The notes under the pieces are model-generated. The model saw only the letters and a list, made by a program, of their open reading frames with translations, did no database searches and was not told the DNA's origin. Both the position numbers and the translations under genes were made by a program. This document shows positions 46,814 through 56,461 of a DNA stretch of 64,000 nucleotides, in pieces. The DNA is from an uncultured Sphingomonadaceae bacterium. Lineage in GTDB: Bacteria > Pseudomonadota > Alphaproteobacteria > Sphingomonadales > Sphingomonadaceae. Each line of letters begins with the position of its first letter. Position 1 is the first letter of the stretch. The stretch is from contig CAXTMX010000005.1 of the NCBI GenBank assembly GCA_964245585.1, forward strand, positions 23 through 64,022, read 5' to 3'.

Positions 46814-47434
46814 CGACGCCTTGTCGGCTTAACATGGGATCCTGCTCATCTTCTCGTTGATCCGGGCACCTGCTGCCGTTGTGCAAGCTACTGCCGATCT
46901 GGTGACGCTCTTTTTTGCACAGTAGCCGACTTGGAGGGCGGTCAGGAGCGTTTGCAAGATAAAGGCAGCGCCTCCTGGCGGCTGCTAAGTGGTTGTCTGC
47001 ACGTCGGAATATAGCGAGGCATGCGTCACGGCGACGGAGGCTCCCGGCGTGATGTTGGAGGTGCCGCGCTGGCAACCAGTTGAATCGGCGCGGCAATAGC
47101 AGGAGGCAGCCACGAGACTCTCCTGTCGGGGCTCCTGCCGGATCGCCGATGACGATCGCCAGGCCAGGAGCGCGGCGGAGGCAGGGCGACGGAGCGGCTG
47201 GAATATGCCCACACCCTATGCGGCGCGCCGCGAGGCGTAAGTGTCTGGCCTGCAATGCCAAAACCCGTAAACAAGGCTAGGCCACGATCGCATTGCAACG
47301 CAAGACACCGCTAACCCATTGATCTTGTGAGGAGCGGCGGTTCGCTGCCACCCTGCTGACAGAGCTGCTGAACGGGTCCGCCACGGGGAGCGGCACGGCC
47401 GTTCCCCATCGTCGTTCCGTGCTGATCCTCGGGC

Positions 47435-47815
47435 CTACCGGATGATGCTCTCGATCTGGCGCTTGGTGAGGAACGCGTCGAGCAGGGTCTTGACGACCTG
47501 CTTGTCGGCGTCGGGGAGGTGCTCGACGGCCTGGAACTGGCGGAGCAGCTCGCGGTCGCTGACGCGGGCGGCGGCGGCTTCGTCGCTGGCGCCATCGAGA
47601 AGATAATCGCTGGTGGTGTCGAGCGCGTCGGCGAGGCGCCTGAGGGTATCGCCGCCGGGGCGCGACGTGCCGCGCTCGAACCGGCCGATGTGGGTGTAGT
47701 GGAGGCCGGCCTTCTGCCCAAGCTGGGTCTGGGAGAGGTCGCGCGCCTTGCGCAGCGTGCGCAGCCGCTGCGAGAACCCCTCGCCCACATCGTTCTCCAG
47801 CACCCTTGCCGCCAT
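47435..47815 (-). CDS. XRE-family HTH regulator, copy 2
   Basis: Same translation as copy 1. Confidence 0.92.
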   Translation of the reverse strand: MAARVLENDVGEGFSQRLRTLRKARDLSQTQLGQKAGLHYTHIGRFERGTSRPGGDTLRRLADALDTTSDYLLDGASDEAAAARVSDRELLRQFQAVEHLPDADKQVVKTLLDAFLTKRQIESIIR

Positions 47816-47965
47816 CACCATCTCCAATGGAGTGATGCTGCCGGATGTGGAGGGGGAATGCCATGCCTGCATGCTCGATAGCCTGTCCTGACTGCTTGAC
47901 CGAATACAGCGCAGCGGCTAGCGGATCAAGCATCCTTGCTGCATGAAAAATATCTGGGGACAGCG

Positions 47966-50944
47966 ATGGCGCGCATGGCGGACGCGGAGATCGAGCGGCT
48001 GAAGAACGAGGTGAGCCTGGTGCGCCTCGTCGAATCGGCGGGCGTGGCGCTCCAGCGGCGCGGTCAGGAGATGGTGGGCCGCTGCCCGTTCCATGCCGAC
48101 GACACGCCGTCGCTGTCGGTCAACGCGGCGAAGAACCTGTTCCGCTGCTTCGGCTGCGACGCGGGCGGCGGGCCGATCGACTGGGTGATGAAGCGCGAGG
48201 GGGTGAGCTTCCGCCACGCGGTCGAGCTGCTGCGCGACGGCGCCGCGCTGGAGCCACCCGCGTCGTCGCCAGCACGATCCACCGTGCGGCGGCTTGCCCC
48301 GCCGATGAGCCTCGATGGCGACGACCGGGCGCTGCTCGATCAGGTGGTGGGCTATTATCACGAGACGCTGAAGCGGTCGCCCGAGGCGCTGGCCTATCTG
48401 AAGGCGCGCGGCCTGGTCCACCCCGAGCTGATCGAGCGGTTCCGGCTCGGCTATGCGGACCGCACGCTGGGCCTCAGGCTGCCCGAGAAGAACCGCAAGG
48501 CTGGCGCGGAGGTGCGCGGGCGGCTGGAGCGGATCGGGCTCTACCGGGCGAGCGGCCACGAGCACTTCCGGGGCTCGCTGGTGGTGCCGGTGATCGACGC
48601 GCACGGCCATGTCGTCGAGGTCTATGGGCGCAAGACCAGGGACGATCTGCGCCCCGGAACGCCCATGCACCTCTACCTTCCTGGGCCGCATCGCGGCGTG
48701 TGGAACCTCGACGGGATCGCCGGATCGGGGGGCGAGGTGATCCTGTGCGAGGCGCTGATCGACGCCATGACCTTCTGGGTAGCCGGCTATCGCAACGTCA
48801 CCGCCGCCTATGGCACGAGCGGCTTTACCGACGACCATCTGGCGGCGTTCCGCGCGCACGATATCGCCCGCGTGCTGGTCGCCTACGACCGCGACGCCGC
48901 CGGCGACAAGGGCGCCGCTGCGGTCGCCGAGCAGCTCGCGCCGCATGGGATCGGGGTCTATCGCGTGAACTTCCCGAAGGGGATGGATGCGAACGGCTAC
49001 GCGCTGAACGTGACTCCGCCCGCCAAGAGTCTGGGGGCGTTGCTGCGCGCCGCCGAGTGGATGGCGGGCACCGAATCCCGTCCGCGCGCGGTGCCGTTCG
49101 ACGACGAATCCGAGCCCCATATCGTCGTCGAAACCCTTCCTCTCTCAGCCGCCGAGCCGCTGTCCGAGCCCAGCCACGCCGGCCCGATCGCGCCGTCGCC
49201 ACCGCCTCCCGTAGCGGCCGAGATCGGCGAGCGGGAGGTGGTGATCCAGCTCGGCGACCGCACCTGGCGCGCGCGCGGGCTGGCCCGCAACGCGTCGCCG
49301 GAGGCGATGAAGATCAACCTCATGGTGCGGCGCGGAGAGGCGTTCCACGTCGACGGACTGGACCTGCTCAGCGCCAAGAACCGCGCCGCGTTCGTGGCGG
49401 AAGCCGCGCTCGAGCTGGGCCTGCCGCCGGAGGCGGTGAAGCGCGATATCGGGCAGGTGCTCTTGAAGCTCGAGTCGGTGCAGGAGGCGATGCTGCGCGA
49501 GACAGCGCCGACCCCCGGCGTCGTGATCAGCGCCGGCGACGAGGCCGCGGCGATGGCCTGGCTCCGCTCCCCCGACCTGCTCGACCGGATCGCCGCCGAC
49601 ATCGCCGCTATGGGCGTGATCGGCGAGGCCGAGAACGCGCTCACCGTCTATCTGGCGGCGCTCAGCCGCAAGCTCGATCGGCCGCTCGCGGTGCTGATCC
49701 AGTCGACCAGCGCCGCCGGCAAGAGCGCGCTGATGGACGCGGTGCTCGACCTGGTGCCGGAGGAGGAGCGGGTCGCCTACTCGGCGATGACCGGGCAGAG
49801 CCTGTTCTATCTGGGCGAGGCGGACCTCCGCCACAAGGCGCTCGCCATCGCCGAGGAGGAGGGCGCGCGCCATGCGTCCTATGCGCTGAAGCTGCTTCAG
49901 AGCCAGGGCGCGATCACCATCGCGTCGACGGGCAAGGACCCGGCGACGGGCAAGCTGGTGACGCAGGACTATCGGGTCGAGGGACCGGTCGCGCTGATGC
50001 TGACCACGACCGCGATCGACCTCGACGAGGAGCTGAGCAACCGCTGCCTGGTGCTGACGATCGACGAGAGTCGCGAGCAGACCCGCGCGATCCATGCCCG
50101 CCAGCGTTACGAGGAGACGCTCGCCGGCCTCGCCGAGCGCGAGAACGGCGCCGCGATCCGCGCGCTGCATCACAATGCGCAGCGGCTGATCAGGCCGGTG
50201 AAGGTGGTCAACCCGTTCGCGGAAGCCCTGACGTTCCTCGACGACAAGACCCGCACGCGCCGCGACCACCGCAAATATCTTGGGCTGATCCGCGCCGTCG
50301 CGCTGCTCCACCAGCATCAGCGGCCGACCCGCGAGCTGACCCGTCCCGGCATGGCGCCGCTCGCCTATATCGAGGCGACGCTGGACGATATCGCGGCCGC
50401 CAACCGGCTCGCCCATGCGGTGCTCGGCACCACGCTCGACGAGCTGCCGCCGCAGACCCGGACGCTGCTCCACTTGGTCCGCGATCACGTCGCCGCGCGT
50501 GCTACGGCCGAGGGCGTCCAGCCCCGCGACGTGCGGTTCACCCGCCGCGAGGTCCGGGAGGCGACAGGCTGGGGCGACACCCAGCTCAAGCTCCACCTGC
50601 ACCGCCTGGAGGAGCTTGAATATCTGCTGGTGCGCCGCGACGGCACCCGGTTCGTCTACGAGCTGGCCTGGGGCGGCGAAGGCGAGGCGGGCGCGCCGTT
50701 CGTGATGGGGCTGATCAACGTCGAGCGGCTGCGCCAACATCATTATGACCGCGAACGGTCGGGGGTGGCGGCCGATCGGCCGCCCTCTGGTCGGGCCGAG
50801 ATCGGGGTCCGGTCGGTGGGCAGTCACGCCCCCGAATCGCCAAGAACCGCAGGGATCGTGCGGCTTCCCGCGCACATCGCCGCACCGCGCCCTGAATCCG
50901 TATCCCAGGTCGCTGGCGAACGCCGGTCATACGCGAACGGCTGA
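47966..50944 (+). CDS. Primase/P-loop fusion, copy 2
   Basis: Same translation as copy 1. Confidence 0.9.
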   Translation: MARMADAEIERLKNEVSLVRLVESAGVALQRRGQEMVGRCPFHADDTPSLSVNAAKNLFRCFGCDAGGGPIDWVMKREGVSFRHAVELLRDGAALEPPASSPARSTVRRLAPPMSLDGDDRALLDQVVGYYHETLKRSPEALAYLKARGLVHPELIERFRLGYADRTLGLRLPEKNRKAGAEVRGRLERIGLYRASGHEHFRGSLVVPVIDAHGHVVEVYGRKTRDDLRPGTPMHLYLPGPHRGVWNLDGIAGSGGEVILCEALIDAMTFWVAGYRNVTAAYGTSGFTDDHLAAFRAHDIARVLVAYDRDAAGDKGAAAVAEQLAPHGIGVYRVNFPKGMDANGYALNVTPPAKSLGALLRAAEWMAGTESRPRAVPFDDESEPHIVVETLPLSAAEPLSEPSHAGPIAPSPPPPVAAEIGEREVVIQLGDRTWRARGLARNASPEAMKINLMVRRGEAFHVDGLDLLSAKNRAAFVAEAALELGLPPEAVKRDIGQVLLKLESVQEAMLRETAPTPGVVISAGDEAAAMAWLRSPDLLDRIAADIAAMGVIGEAENALTVYLAALSRKLDRPLAVLIQSTSAAGKSALMDAVLDLVPEEERVAYSAMTGQSLFYLGEADLRHKALAIAEEEGARHASYALKLLQSQGAITIASTGKDPATGKLVTQDYRVEGPVALMLTTTAIDLDEELSNRCLVLTIDESREQTRAIHARQRYEETLAGLAERENGAAIRALHHNAQRLIRPVKVVNPFAEALTFLDDKTRTRRDHRKYLGLIRAVALLHQHQRPTRELTRPGMAPLAYIEATLDDIAAANRLAHAVLGTTLDELPPQTRTLLHLVRDHVAARATAEGVQPRDVRFTRREVREATGWGDTQLKLHLHRLEELEYLLVRRDGTRFVYELAWGGEGEAGAPFVMGLINVERLRQHHYDRERSGVAADRPPSGRAEIGVRSVGSHAPESPRTAGIVRLPAHIAAPRPESVSQVAGERRSYANG

Positions 50945-51960
50945 TGCCGCGTCGTGCGCTGCCGCCGCTGCCGGGACGCCATGATCCCGACAGCCTCGCC
51001 TCGCACATGGAGCGGTTCCTGTCGGCGCTGGCGGTGCTCAACTACTCGCCCGCGACGATCGAGGACCGACGCTACTGCCTCGCCACGTTCATCCTGTGGT
51101 GCGGCGAACGTGGCCTGGAGCGCCCGACGCAGGTGACGAAGCCGATCCTGGAGCGGTTCCAGCGCCACCTCTACTATCACCGCAAGCCCAACGGCGACCC
51201 GTTGACGTTCCGCACGCAGGCGGCGCGCATGGTCCCGCTGCGCGCCTGGTTCAGATGGCTGGCGCGCGAGAATCACATCCTGTCCAACCCGGCCTCCGAG
51301 CTGGAGCTGCCCCGCCCCGAGCGTCGCCTGCCGGCGGTGGTGCTGACGGCGGAGGAGGCCGAGGCGGTGATGGCCGTTCCCGACGTGGGCGCGCCGCTGG
51401 GGCTGCGCGACCGCGCCATGCTGGAGCTGCTCTACGCCACCGCGATCCGACGCAGCGAGCTGATCGCGCTCAAGCTGTTCGACGTGGACTATGCCCGTGC
51501 CGCGCTCATCGTCCGGCAGGGCAAGGGCAACAAGGACCGGGTGGTGCCGCTGGGCGAGCGGGCGAAGGCCTGGCTTACCGCCTATCGCGACCGCGTGCGC
51601 CCCGGTCTGGTCGCAGGCCGCGATCCGGTCACGCTGTTCCTGAGCCGTGACGGGCGCCCGCTCGAACCCAAGCGCCTGTCCGAGAAGGTGCGCGGCTATG
51701 TGGAGGCCGCCGGCATCGGCAAGCCGGGCTCCTGCCACCTGCTGCGCCACACCGCCGCCACGCTGATGCTGGAGGGCGGCGCCGACATCCGGTTCATCCA
51801 GGCTCTGCTCGGCCACGAGAGCCTGGAGACGACGCAGATCTACACCCGCGTCTCCATCACCAAGCTGGCCGAGATCCACGCCGCCACGCACCCCGGCGCC
51901 CGCCTGGTGCGCGACCGCGCCCTGCTCGATACAGCACTTGCCCTCGACGGCGAGGACTGA
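50944..51960 (+). CDS. XerC/XerD-like tyrosine recombinase, copy 2
   Basis: Same translation as copy 1. Confidence 0.95.
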   Translation: MPRRALPPLPGRHDPDSLASHMERFLSALAVLNYSPATIEDRRYCLATFILWCGERGLERPTQVTKPILERFQRHLYYHRKPNGDPLTFRTQAARMVPLRAWFRWLARENHILSNPASELELPRPERRLPAVVLTAEEAEAVMAVPDVGAPLGLRDRAMLELLYATAIRRSELIALKLFDVDYARAALIVRQGKGNKDRVVPLGERAKAWLTAYRDRVRPGLVAGRDPVTLFLSRDGRPLEPKRLSEKVRGYVEAAGIGKPGSCHLLRHTAATLMLEGGADIRFIQALLGHESLETTQIYTRVSITKLAEIHAATHPGARLVRDRALLDTALALDGED

Positions 51961-52163
51961 CCTTCCTCTCTCAGCCGCTTGCCCGCGCGCGCCAGCGCGC
52001 GCATGATGGCACTTGATCTTTGACAGCCGCGTCGCGGCACCGAAAACCGCCTCAAGGCGATCCGGCGCTCGCCCGAACCGCTTCTCCCGCGTGTGCGCGT
52101 AAGCCGCTGCACCGCCTCGGGAAAAGCGCATCACTATGGCCGGACCACATCAAGCGGATCAGT

Positions 52164-52554
52164 TGTTGGGAATAACCCAATACGATTTACTGACCCGGCG
52201 GGGTTGCAGTCGCGGATTGTGATACCTGTCCCTTGGTGGTATCCGCCGGTTCCTCCGCTTTTGAACCAAGGAAACAAGCCTCGCAATAACAGCGCGGACG
52301 CTAATAAGGCGTGGCGTGATTACAAAGCGCGCTATCAGGAGCCGCCACCTCCCAACCTGGACCCATGTGAACAACTGGCCTGGGAGATTTGGAAAGAAAA
52401 GCGTCTGATAGATGATCGGTTGGCTTGGGACGCGAGATATCTACCGGGCAGGCACGATATTGCCATTGACCAGTCTCGCAAGCGCATTAAAAATCTAGAG
52501 GATGAAATGAAAGTACTTGGGTGTACGTGTCCACCGCATGACTCAAAGTATTGA
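52164..52554 (+). pseudogene. Displaced/orphan Rhs C-terminal tip B
   Basis: VGNNPIRFTDPAGL followed by a different tip (..YKARYQEPPPPNLDPCEQLAW..WDARYLPGRH..). No Rhs core lies directly upstream. Confidence 0.88.
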
Positions 52555-52906
52555 CGCTATGCTTGAAGAAAATTCTATACCTACGCCTTTAACCTTTGAG
52601 CAAATTGCAAGAATGCAGGCCCGTTACAGTCATTTACCATCTTACGAGCCAGGTAGAGCATTTGGCGTCTGTGATCCGATGACATACGTTAACGCAGATG
52701 GGGATGCCCTGATCCATATCGCTGCTACAGCTGGAGATACGGAAACTGTGGAGCTGTTACTCAAAGCTGGTATCGATCCGAATATAAAGGGGGACATGAG
52801 TTATACGCCGCTCCATTATGCAACAGATGCTAAGCATTCGGGTATTGTCGAATTGCTTGTCCGCTATGGCGCTATCAAAACAAAGACTGAGTTTGATGAT
52901 ATGTAA
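52538..52906 (+). CDS. Ankyrin-repeat protein, putative immunity for tip B
   Basis: GDALIHIAATAGDTETVELLLKAGIDPNIKGDMSYTPLHYA...IVELLVRYGA; overlaps the tip B stop. Confidence 0.85.
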   Translation: MTQSIDAMLEENSIPTPLTFEQIARMQARYSHLPSYEPGRAFGVCDPMTYVNADGDALIHIAATAGDTETVELLLKAGIDPNIKGDMSYTPLHYATDAKHSGIVELLVRYGAIKTKTEFDDM

Positions 52907-53136
52907 CAATAATCAGATGGACCGGTTTGCCGCTAGGCAAGCTATTGACATACGATACTAGTAAAGCTTTGGTAATAGACACGTAAGGCCGGCCTAGTCG
53001 TTTTGTCTTTTTCGAGGTGGCCATATGACGAACGAGTACAGTAACTCGCCGACGACCTGAAGAGGAGTCCACTTCGCTCTTTCGCGCAGCTCTATTCCAA
53101 TAGAGCCGTTTGCGAACTGATCAGTGGAGACGTTCC

Positions 53137-53361
53137 GTGAGGTATGCCGATGGGCAGCACATTCAACTTGGCGATAAAGTGCGCCTAGGAAGTGACGACG
53201 GAGGCGTCGTTGTATGCGATATCAGTGCAAGGCTATTTTCCTCCTCTCACCCGGAGAGCGAGTGGGGCTATCTTAGCGAGGGCGTCGTTATCGAGTTTCC
53301 CGAATACGGGATAATTCACATGAAAGTCGCAGAGCCTGGCCTTGAGCTTGTCGCACGCTGA
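53137..53361 (+). CDS. Small hypothetical protein, possible orphan immunity
   Basis: MRYADGQHIQLGDKV...EWGYLSEGVVIEFPEYGIIH; AT-rich and downstream of the Rhs locus. Confidence 0.6.
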   Translation: MRYADGQHIQLGDKVRLGSDDGGVVVCDISARLFSSSHPESEWGYLSEGVVIEFPEYGIIHMKVAEPGLELVAR

Positions 53362-53403
53362 TGGCGCCTGATGTCGGTTAGGTAAGAGGTCCCGACGGTA
53401 AAT

Positions 53404-53796
53404 ATGGAACCTGAAATGAGAGTTTCGACGATAGGCACTTTTCTTACGCCGATAGTTCTCACTTTGATTTGTTGCGCTTGCTCAAACCCCTCTCGCGCGC
53501 AGAATTTGGTAGTGTATCACGTTGGCTTCGACGTTGACACGATAACGGGATATCACGAGGAAAATTTTCCTCGAACTGGATGTCGCGGCGCCATCAATGA
53601 ACAGAAGTTCCTTAGACTATTGCGCAAGCCGAAGGCACGATCGAGCTATAATAAGGGCGACATCAAGGCAATGGTTCTACGCAAATCTTCTCCATACTAT
53701 ATCGATTATAATGGGTTTGTTCGAAGGGGCGCCGACTTCTACATAATCGACAAGGATGAATTTGAAAAAAATATCAAATTCGATGGGAAGTGCTGA
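53404..53796 (+). CDS. Hypothetical exported/lipoprotein, possible orphan immunity
   Basis: Hydrophobic N-terminus with LICCACS; AT-rich. Confidence 0.55.
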   Translation: MEPEMRVSTIGTFLTPIVLTLICCACSNPSRAQNLVVYHVGFDVDTITGYHEENFPRTGCRGAINEQKFLRLLRKPKARSSYNKGDIKAMVLRKSSPYYIDYNGFVRRGADFYIIDKDEFEKNIKFDGKC

Positions 53797-54029
53797 ATAA
53801 ATCGTGTCGCCTACTGATAGCTCAGGCGAAGTCGGCTCGTGGTAGTCACAGTAGTAGCCTAGCACTTGCGCTTCGCCGGCGGACGGTATGAACCAGATAA
53901 CGGTCCGACTGGCAATCGGCGTTCAACGTCGCCGAGCATCCCCTTTTTTTCGGGAGACGCCACGCGCTTGCGAATCGCGTATCTCTAATCCCCGGCTCGA
54001 AGGAACCGATCGAACAGAAGGGATCGAGG

Positions 54030-55088
54030 ATGCGAGCGACGCAGAGCGAGGAGAGGAGCGCGGAGATTGCAGACCCGACAAACCCGGTCGCGGCGATCTT
54101 GAAAGGCAGGGAGGTGAGCGCGCTGGACGACGACGCCGCACTTCTCAGTTTCTATTCTACGCGCTCGCGGGCGTCCATTCTAACCGAAGATCCCGCGTAT
54201 TCTCAAAAGCCCGAGATCGTAAATCGAACCGCCGAGGCGTCGGCTGACGTGCGCAGTGGCGAGCTGGTCTTCCTCGAAGCCATTCCCAAAGAACGTCTGT
54301 TGGGTGAGAAGGGAATACGCAGTTGCTTCGCCGTCACGCCCCCGTGCTTAGTCGACTTCGACGTCGCTTGGTTCTGCAGTCTCTGCCTGGCGGCGCGCAG
54401 CCTCGAGGACGTCAACGAGATCCTCCACATGCTCTACGACGGTCTCGGGGCGAACGCCTGCTTGCTCGCGCAGTTTGGCGCCAATCGGCGCCGGCCGACA
54501 TTTCAGTTTGTGATCGATGGGCCGCCAGGACTGGCGGCGGAGATCACGTCCCGGCGTTTGACTGACGACGCAATTATGGTCGCCTGTCAGCAGCGTGTGT
54601 TCGGGTTCCTCTGGTCCGACCTCGAGCGGATCATCGAGATGACCGACAAGCGTCGAGAGACGCTGGCCATCTACGCGGCACACGGTCTCCACGAAGGCTT
54701 CACGATTCCCTTGTCGGTGCCTGGCGAACCGCGTGGCTTCTGCAGCTTCGGTTGGTCGAACCCGCATGATCTCACACTCGACATCATGTCGATCCTCCTC
54801 ATCGCTGCGCCGGCGCTGTTTGAGACGGTCCGACGGCTACGCGGCATGTGGATCGTGAATCGCGAAAAGCTCGAACTGACCCCCCGTCAAATAGACTGCC
54901 TCGTGGGGGTTTCGCGCGGGCTCAACGACATGCAGATCGCGCACGAACTTGGTATCAGCGTGCAGACCGTGCATGATCATCTCGAGGAAGCGCGCAAGCG
55001 TTACGGCGCGCACAAGCGGACCGACCTTCTCGTGAAAGCGATCCGCTCGGGCGAGCTGCCTTGGAGCCGCATCACCAGATCTCAGTAA
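54030..55088 (+). CDS. LuxR-family regulator (autoinducer-binding-like domain + HTH), paralogue 1
   Basis: FLWSDL, HGLHEGFTIP and LTPRQIDCL..GLND.QIAHELGIS..TV..H. Start is uncertain. Confidence 0.88.
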   Translation: MRATQSEERSAEIADPTNPVAAILKGREVSALDDDAALLSFYSTRSRASILTEDPAYSQKPEIVNRTAEASADVRSGELVFLEAIPKERLLGEKGIRSCFAVTPPCLVDFDVAWFCSLCLAARSLEDVNEILHMLYDGLGANACLLAQFGANRRRPTFQFVIDGPPGLAAEITSRRLTDDAIMVACQQRVFGFLWSDLERIIEMTDKRRETLAIYAAHGLHEGFTIPLSVPGEPRGFCSFGWSNPHDLTLDIMSILLIAAPALFETVRRLRGMWIVNREKLELTPRQIDCLVGVSRGLNDMQIAHELGISVQTVHDHLEEARKRYGAHKRTDLLVKAIRSGELPWSRITRSQ

Positions 55089-55325
55089 TGGCCCTCACGG
55101 TCCTTAGGTCGTCAAGGTTTAGTGCTTAGCGATCACTGATGTGCGAGCGTATGCGCACGGGTCTGCACGTATCCGTTCGAGATCCGTTGTCAAACATCTT
55201 CACAGCGTGATGCCGTCGCCTGCACGTTCACCCCTCTTTTTTCGGGAGACGCCACAGAGAAACGAATCGCTTATGTATCTTTAGCCGCCAATGGAGCTTG
55301 CAAGCGGCCAGTCGAGGATGCTGAC

Positions 55326-56441
55326 ATGCGTATCGATAGTTCGAGAAATGATCTCCGCGAGAGCGGCGAGGGGAGATGCGACCGCCTAGACCGGAAGCGA
55401 AATCGGCGTGAGCCTTCTGAAATAGAAGCCCGGAAGCCATATTTGCGTCTCGTTGAAGCCAACAATCCGCTATCGCATGTTTTTGATGGGTACGGCGCCG
55501 GAACGGTGCGGAATGCTCCGACATCCGCGGGTCGGCCGCAATCCGCCGCATTTGTCGGGTCTGTCACGCAGGAGCGTCCCACGCCGCAGTGTGGGCTTCG
55601 CAGTTGCTTCCGATCGGCGACGCCACGACTCGCCGACTTCGACGCCGCGTGGCTCAGCAACCTTTGCCTCGCCGCGCGTGACCTTGAAGACGTCCACGAG
55701 ATCCTCAGGATGGTTCATTCAGGCGTCGGCTCGAAGGTCTGCCTCCTCGCGCAGATCGGTCCGACACGCTTTCTTTCCTCGTTCCATCTCCCGGTCGACG
55801 TCCCCGATGATCTCGCGACGGCGATCGTCTCGCGACCGATGGCTGACGACGCGGTGATGACCGCCTGCAAGCAGCGCGTCTTGGCGTTCGCCTGGTCCGA
55901 TCTCGAACGCATCATCGAGATGAATGACCGGCGCCGTGAGACGCTCGCGATCTGCGCGTCTCACGGGTTGCTTGAAGGGTTTACGATCCCCTTGGCCGTC
56001 CCAGGTGAGCCTCGGGGGTTCTGCAGTTTCGCGTGGGAGGACCCGGAGGCTCTCACCATCGATGTAATGGCGATCCTCATCCTGGCTGCGCAGTGCCTCT
56101 ACGAGACCGCTCGACGCGTGCTCGGGATGTGGGTCGAACACCGCGAGTGCCTCGGATTGACGCCAAGGCAGATCGATTGCCTGGCGGGCGTCGCATGTGG
56201 GCTCAACGATGCGCAGATCGCGCACGAGCTTGGCATCAGCGTGCCAACCGTCCACGACCATCTCGACGTGGCCCGCAGGCGCTACCGTGCGCACAAGCGG
56301 ACCGACCTGATGGTTAAGGCGATCCGCTCGGGCGAGTTGCCTTGGAGCCGCATCACGGGATCGCCGCTGGCCTGGACATCGGCGCGCTATCGATCCAGCC
56401 AGCCTCCCTGGGCTCCGATTGCCGACCCGGACGCCCGATAG
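55326..56441 (+). CDS. LuxR-family regulator, paralogue 2
   Basis: Strong similarity to paralogue 1 from RSCF onward, with the same HTH. Start is uncertain. Confidence 0.88.
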   Translation: MRIDSSRNDLRESGEGRCDRLDRKRNRREPSEIEARKPYLRLVEANNPLSHVFDGYGAGTVRNAPTSAGRPQSAAFVGSVTQERPTPQCGLRSCFRSATPRLADFDAAWLSNLCLAARDLEDVHEILRMVHSGVGSKVCLLAQIGPTRFLSSFHLPVDVPDDLATAIVSRPMADDAVMTACKQRVLAFAWSDLERIIEMNDRRRETLAICASHGLLEGFTIPLAVPGEPRGFCSFAWEDPEALTIDVMAILILAAQCLYETARRVLGMWVEHRECLGLTPRQIDCLAGVACGLNDAQIAHELGISVPTVHDHLDVARRRYRAHKRTDLMVKAIRSGELPWSRITGSPLAWTSARYRSSQPPWAPIADPDAR

Positions 56442-56461
56442 CTTCGAAGCGGATCATCCCC

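Larger units (their letters stand above)
46119..52163. mobile_element. Rhs-targeting integrative element, copy 2 (tandem, 6045 bp)
   Basis: All internal ORFs repeat with identical translations at an offset of exactly 6045. Confidence 0.88.

Noticed and set aside
40074-52166. Prophage or CRISPR interpretation of the repeat
   Set aside because: There are no structural phage genes and no short repeat-spacer array. The repeat is one 6045-bp unit.
52907-52935. AATAATCAGATGGACCGG faintly resembles another NNP..W.D junction
   Set aside because: Too short and degenerate, with no DPxG motif or tip ORF following.
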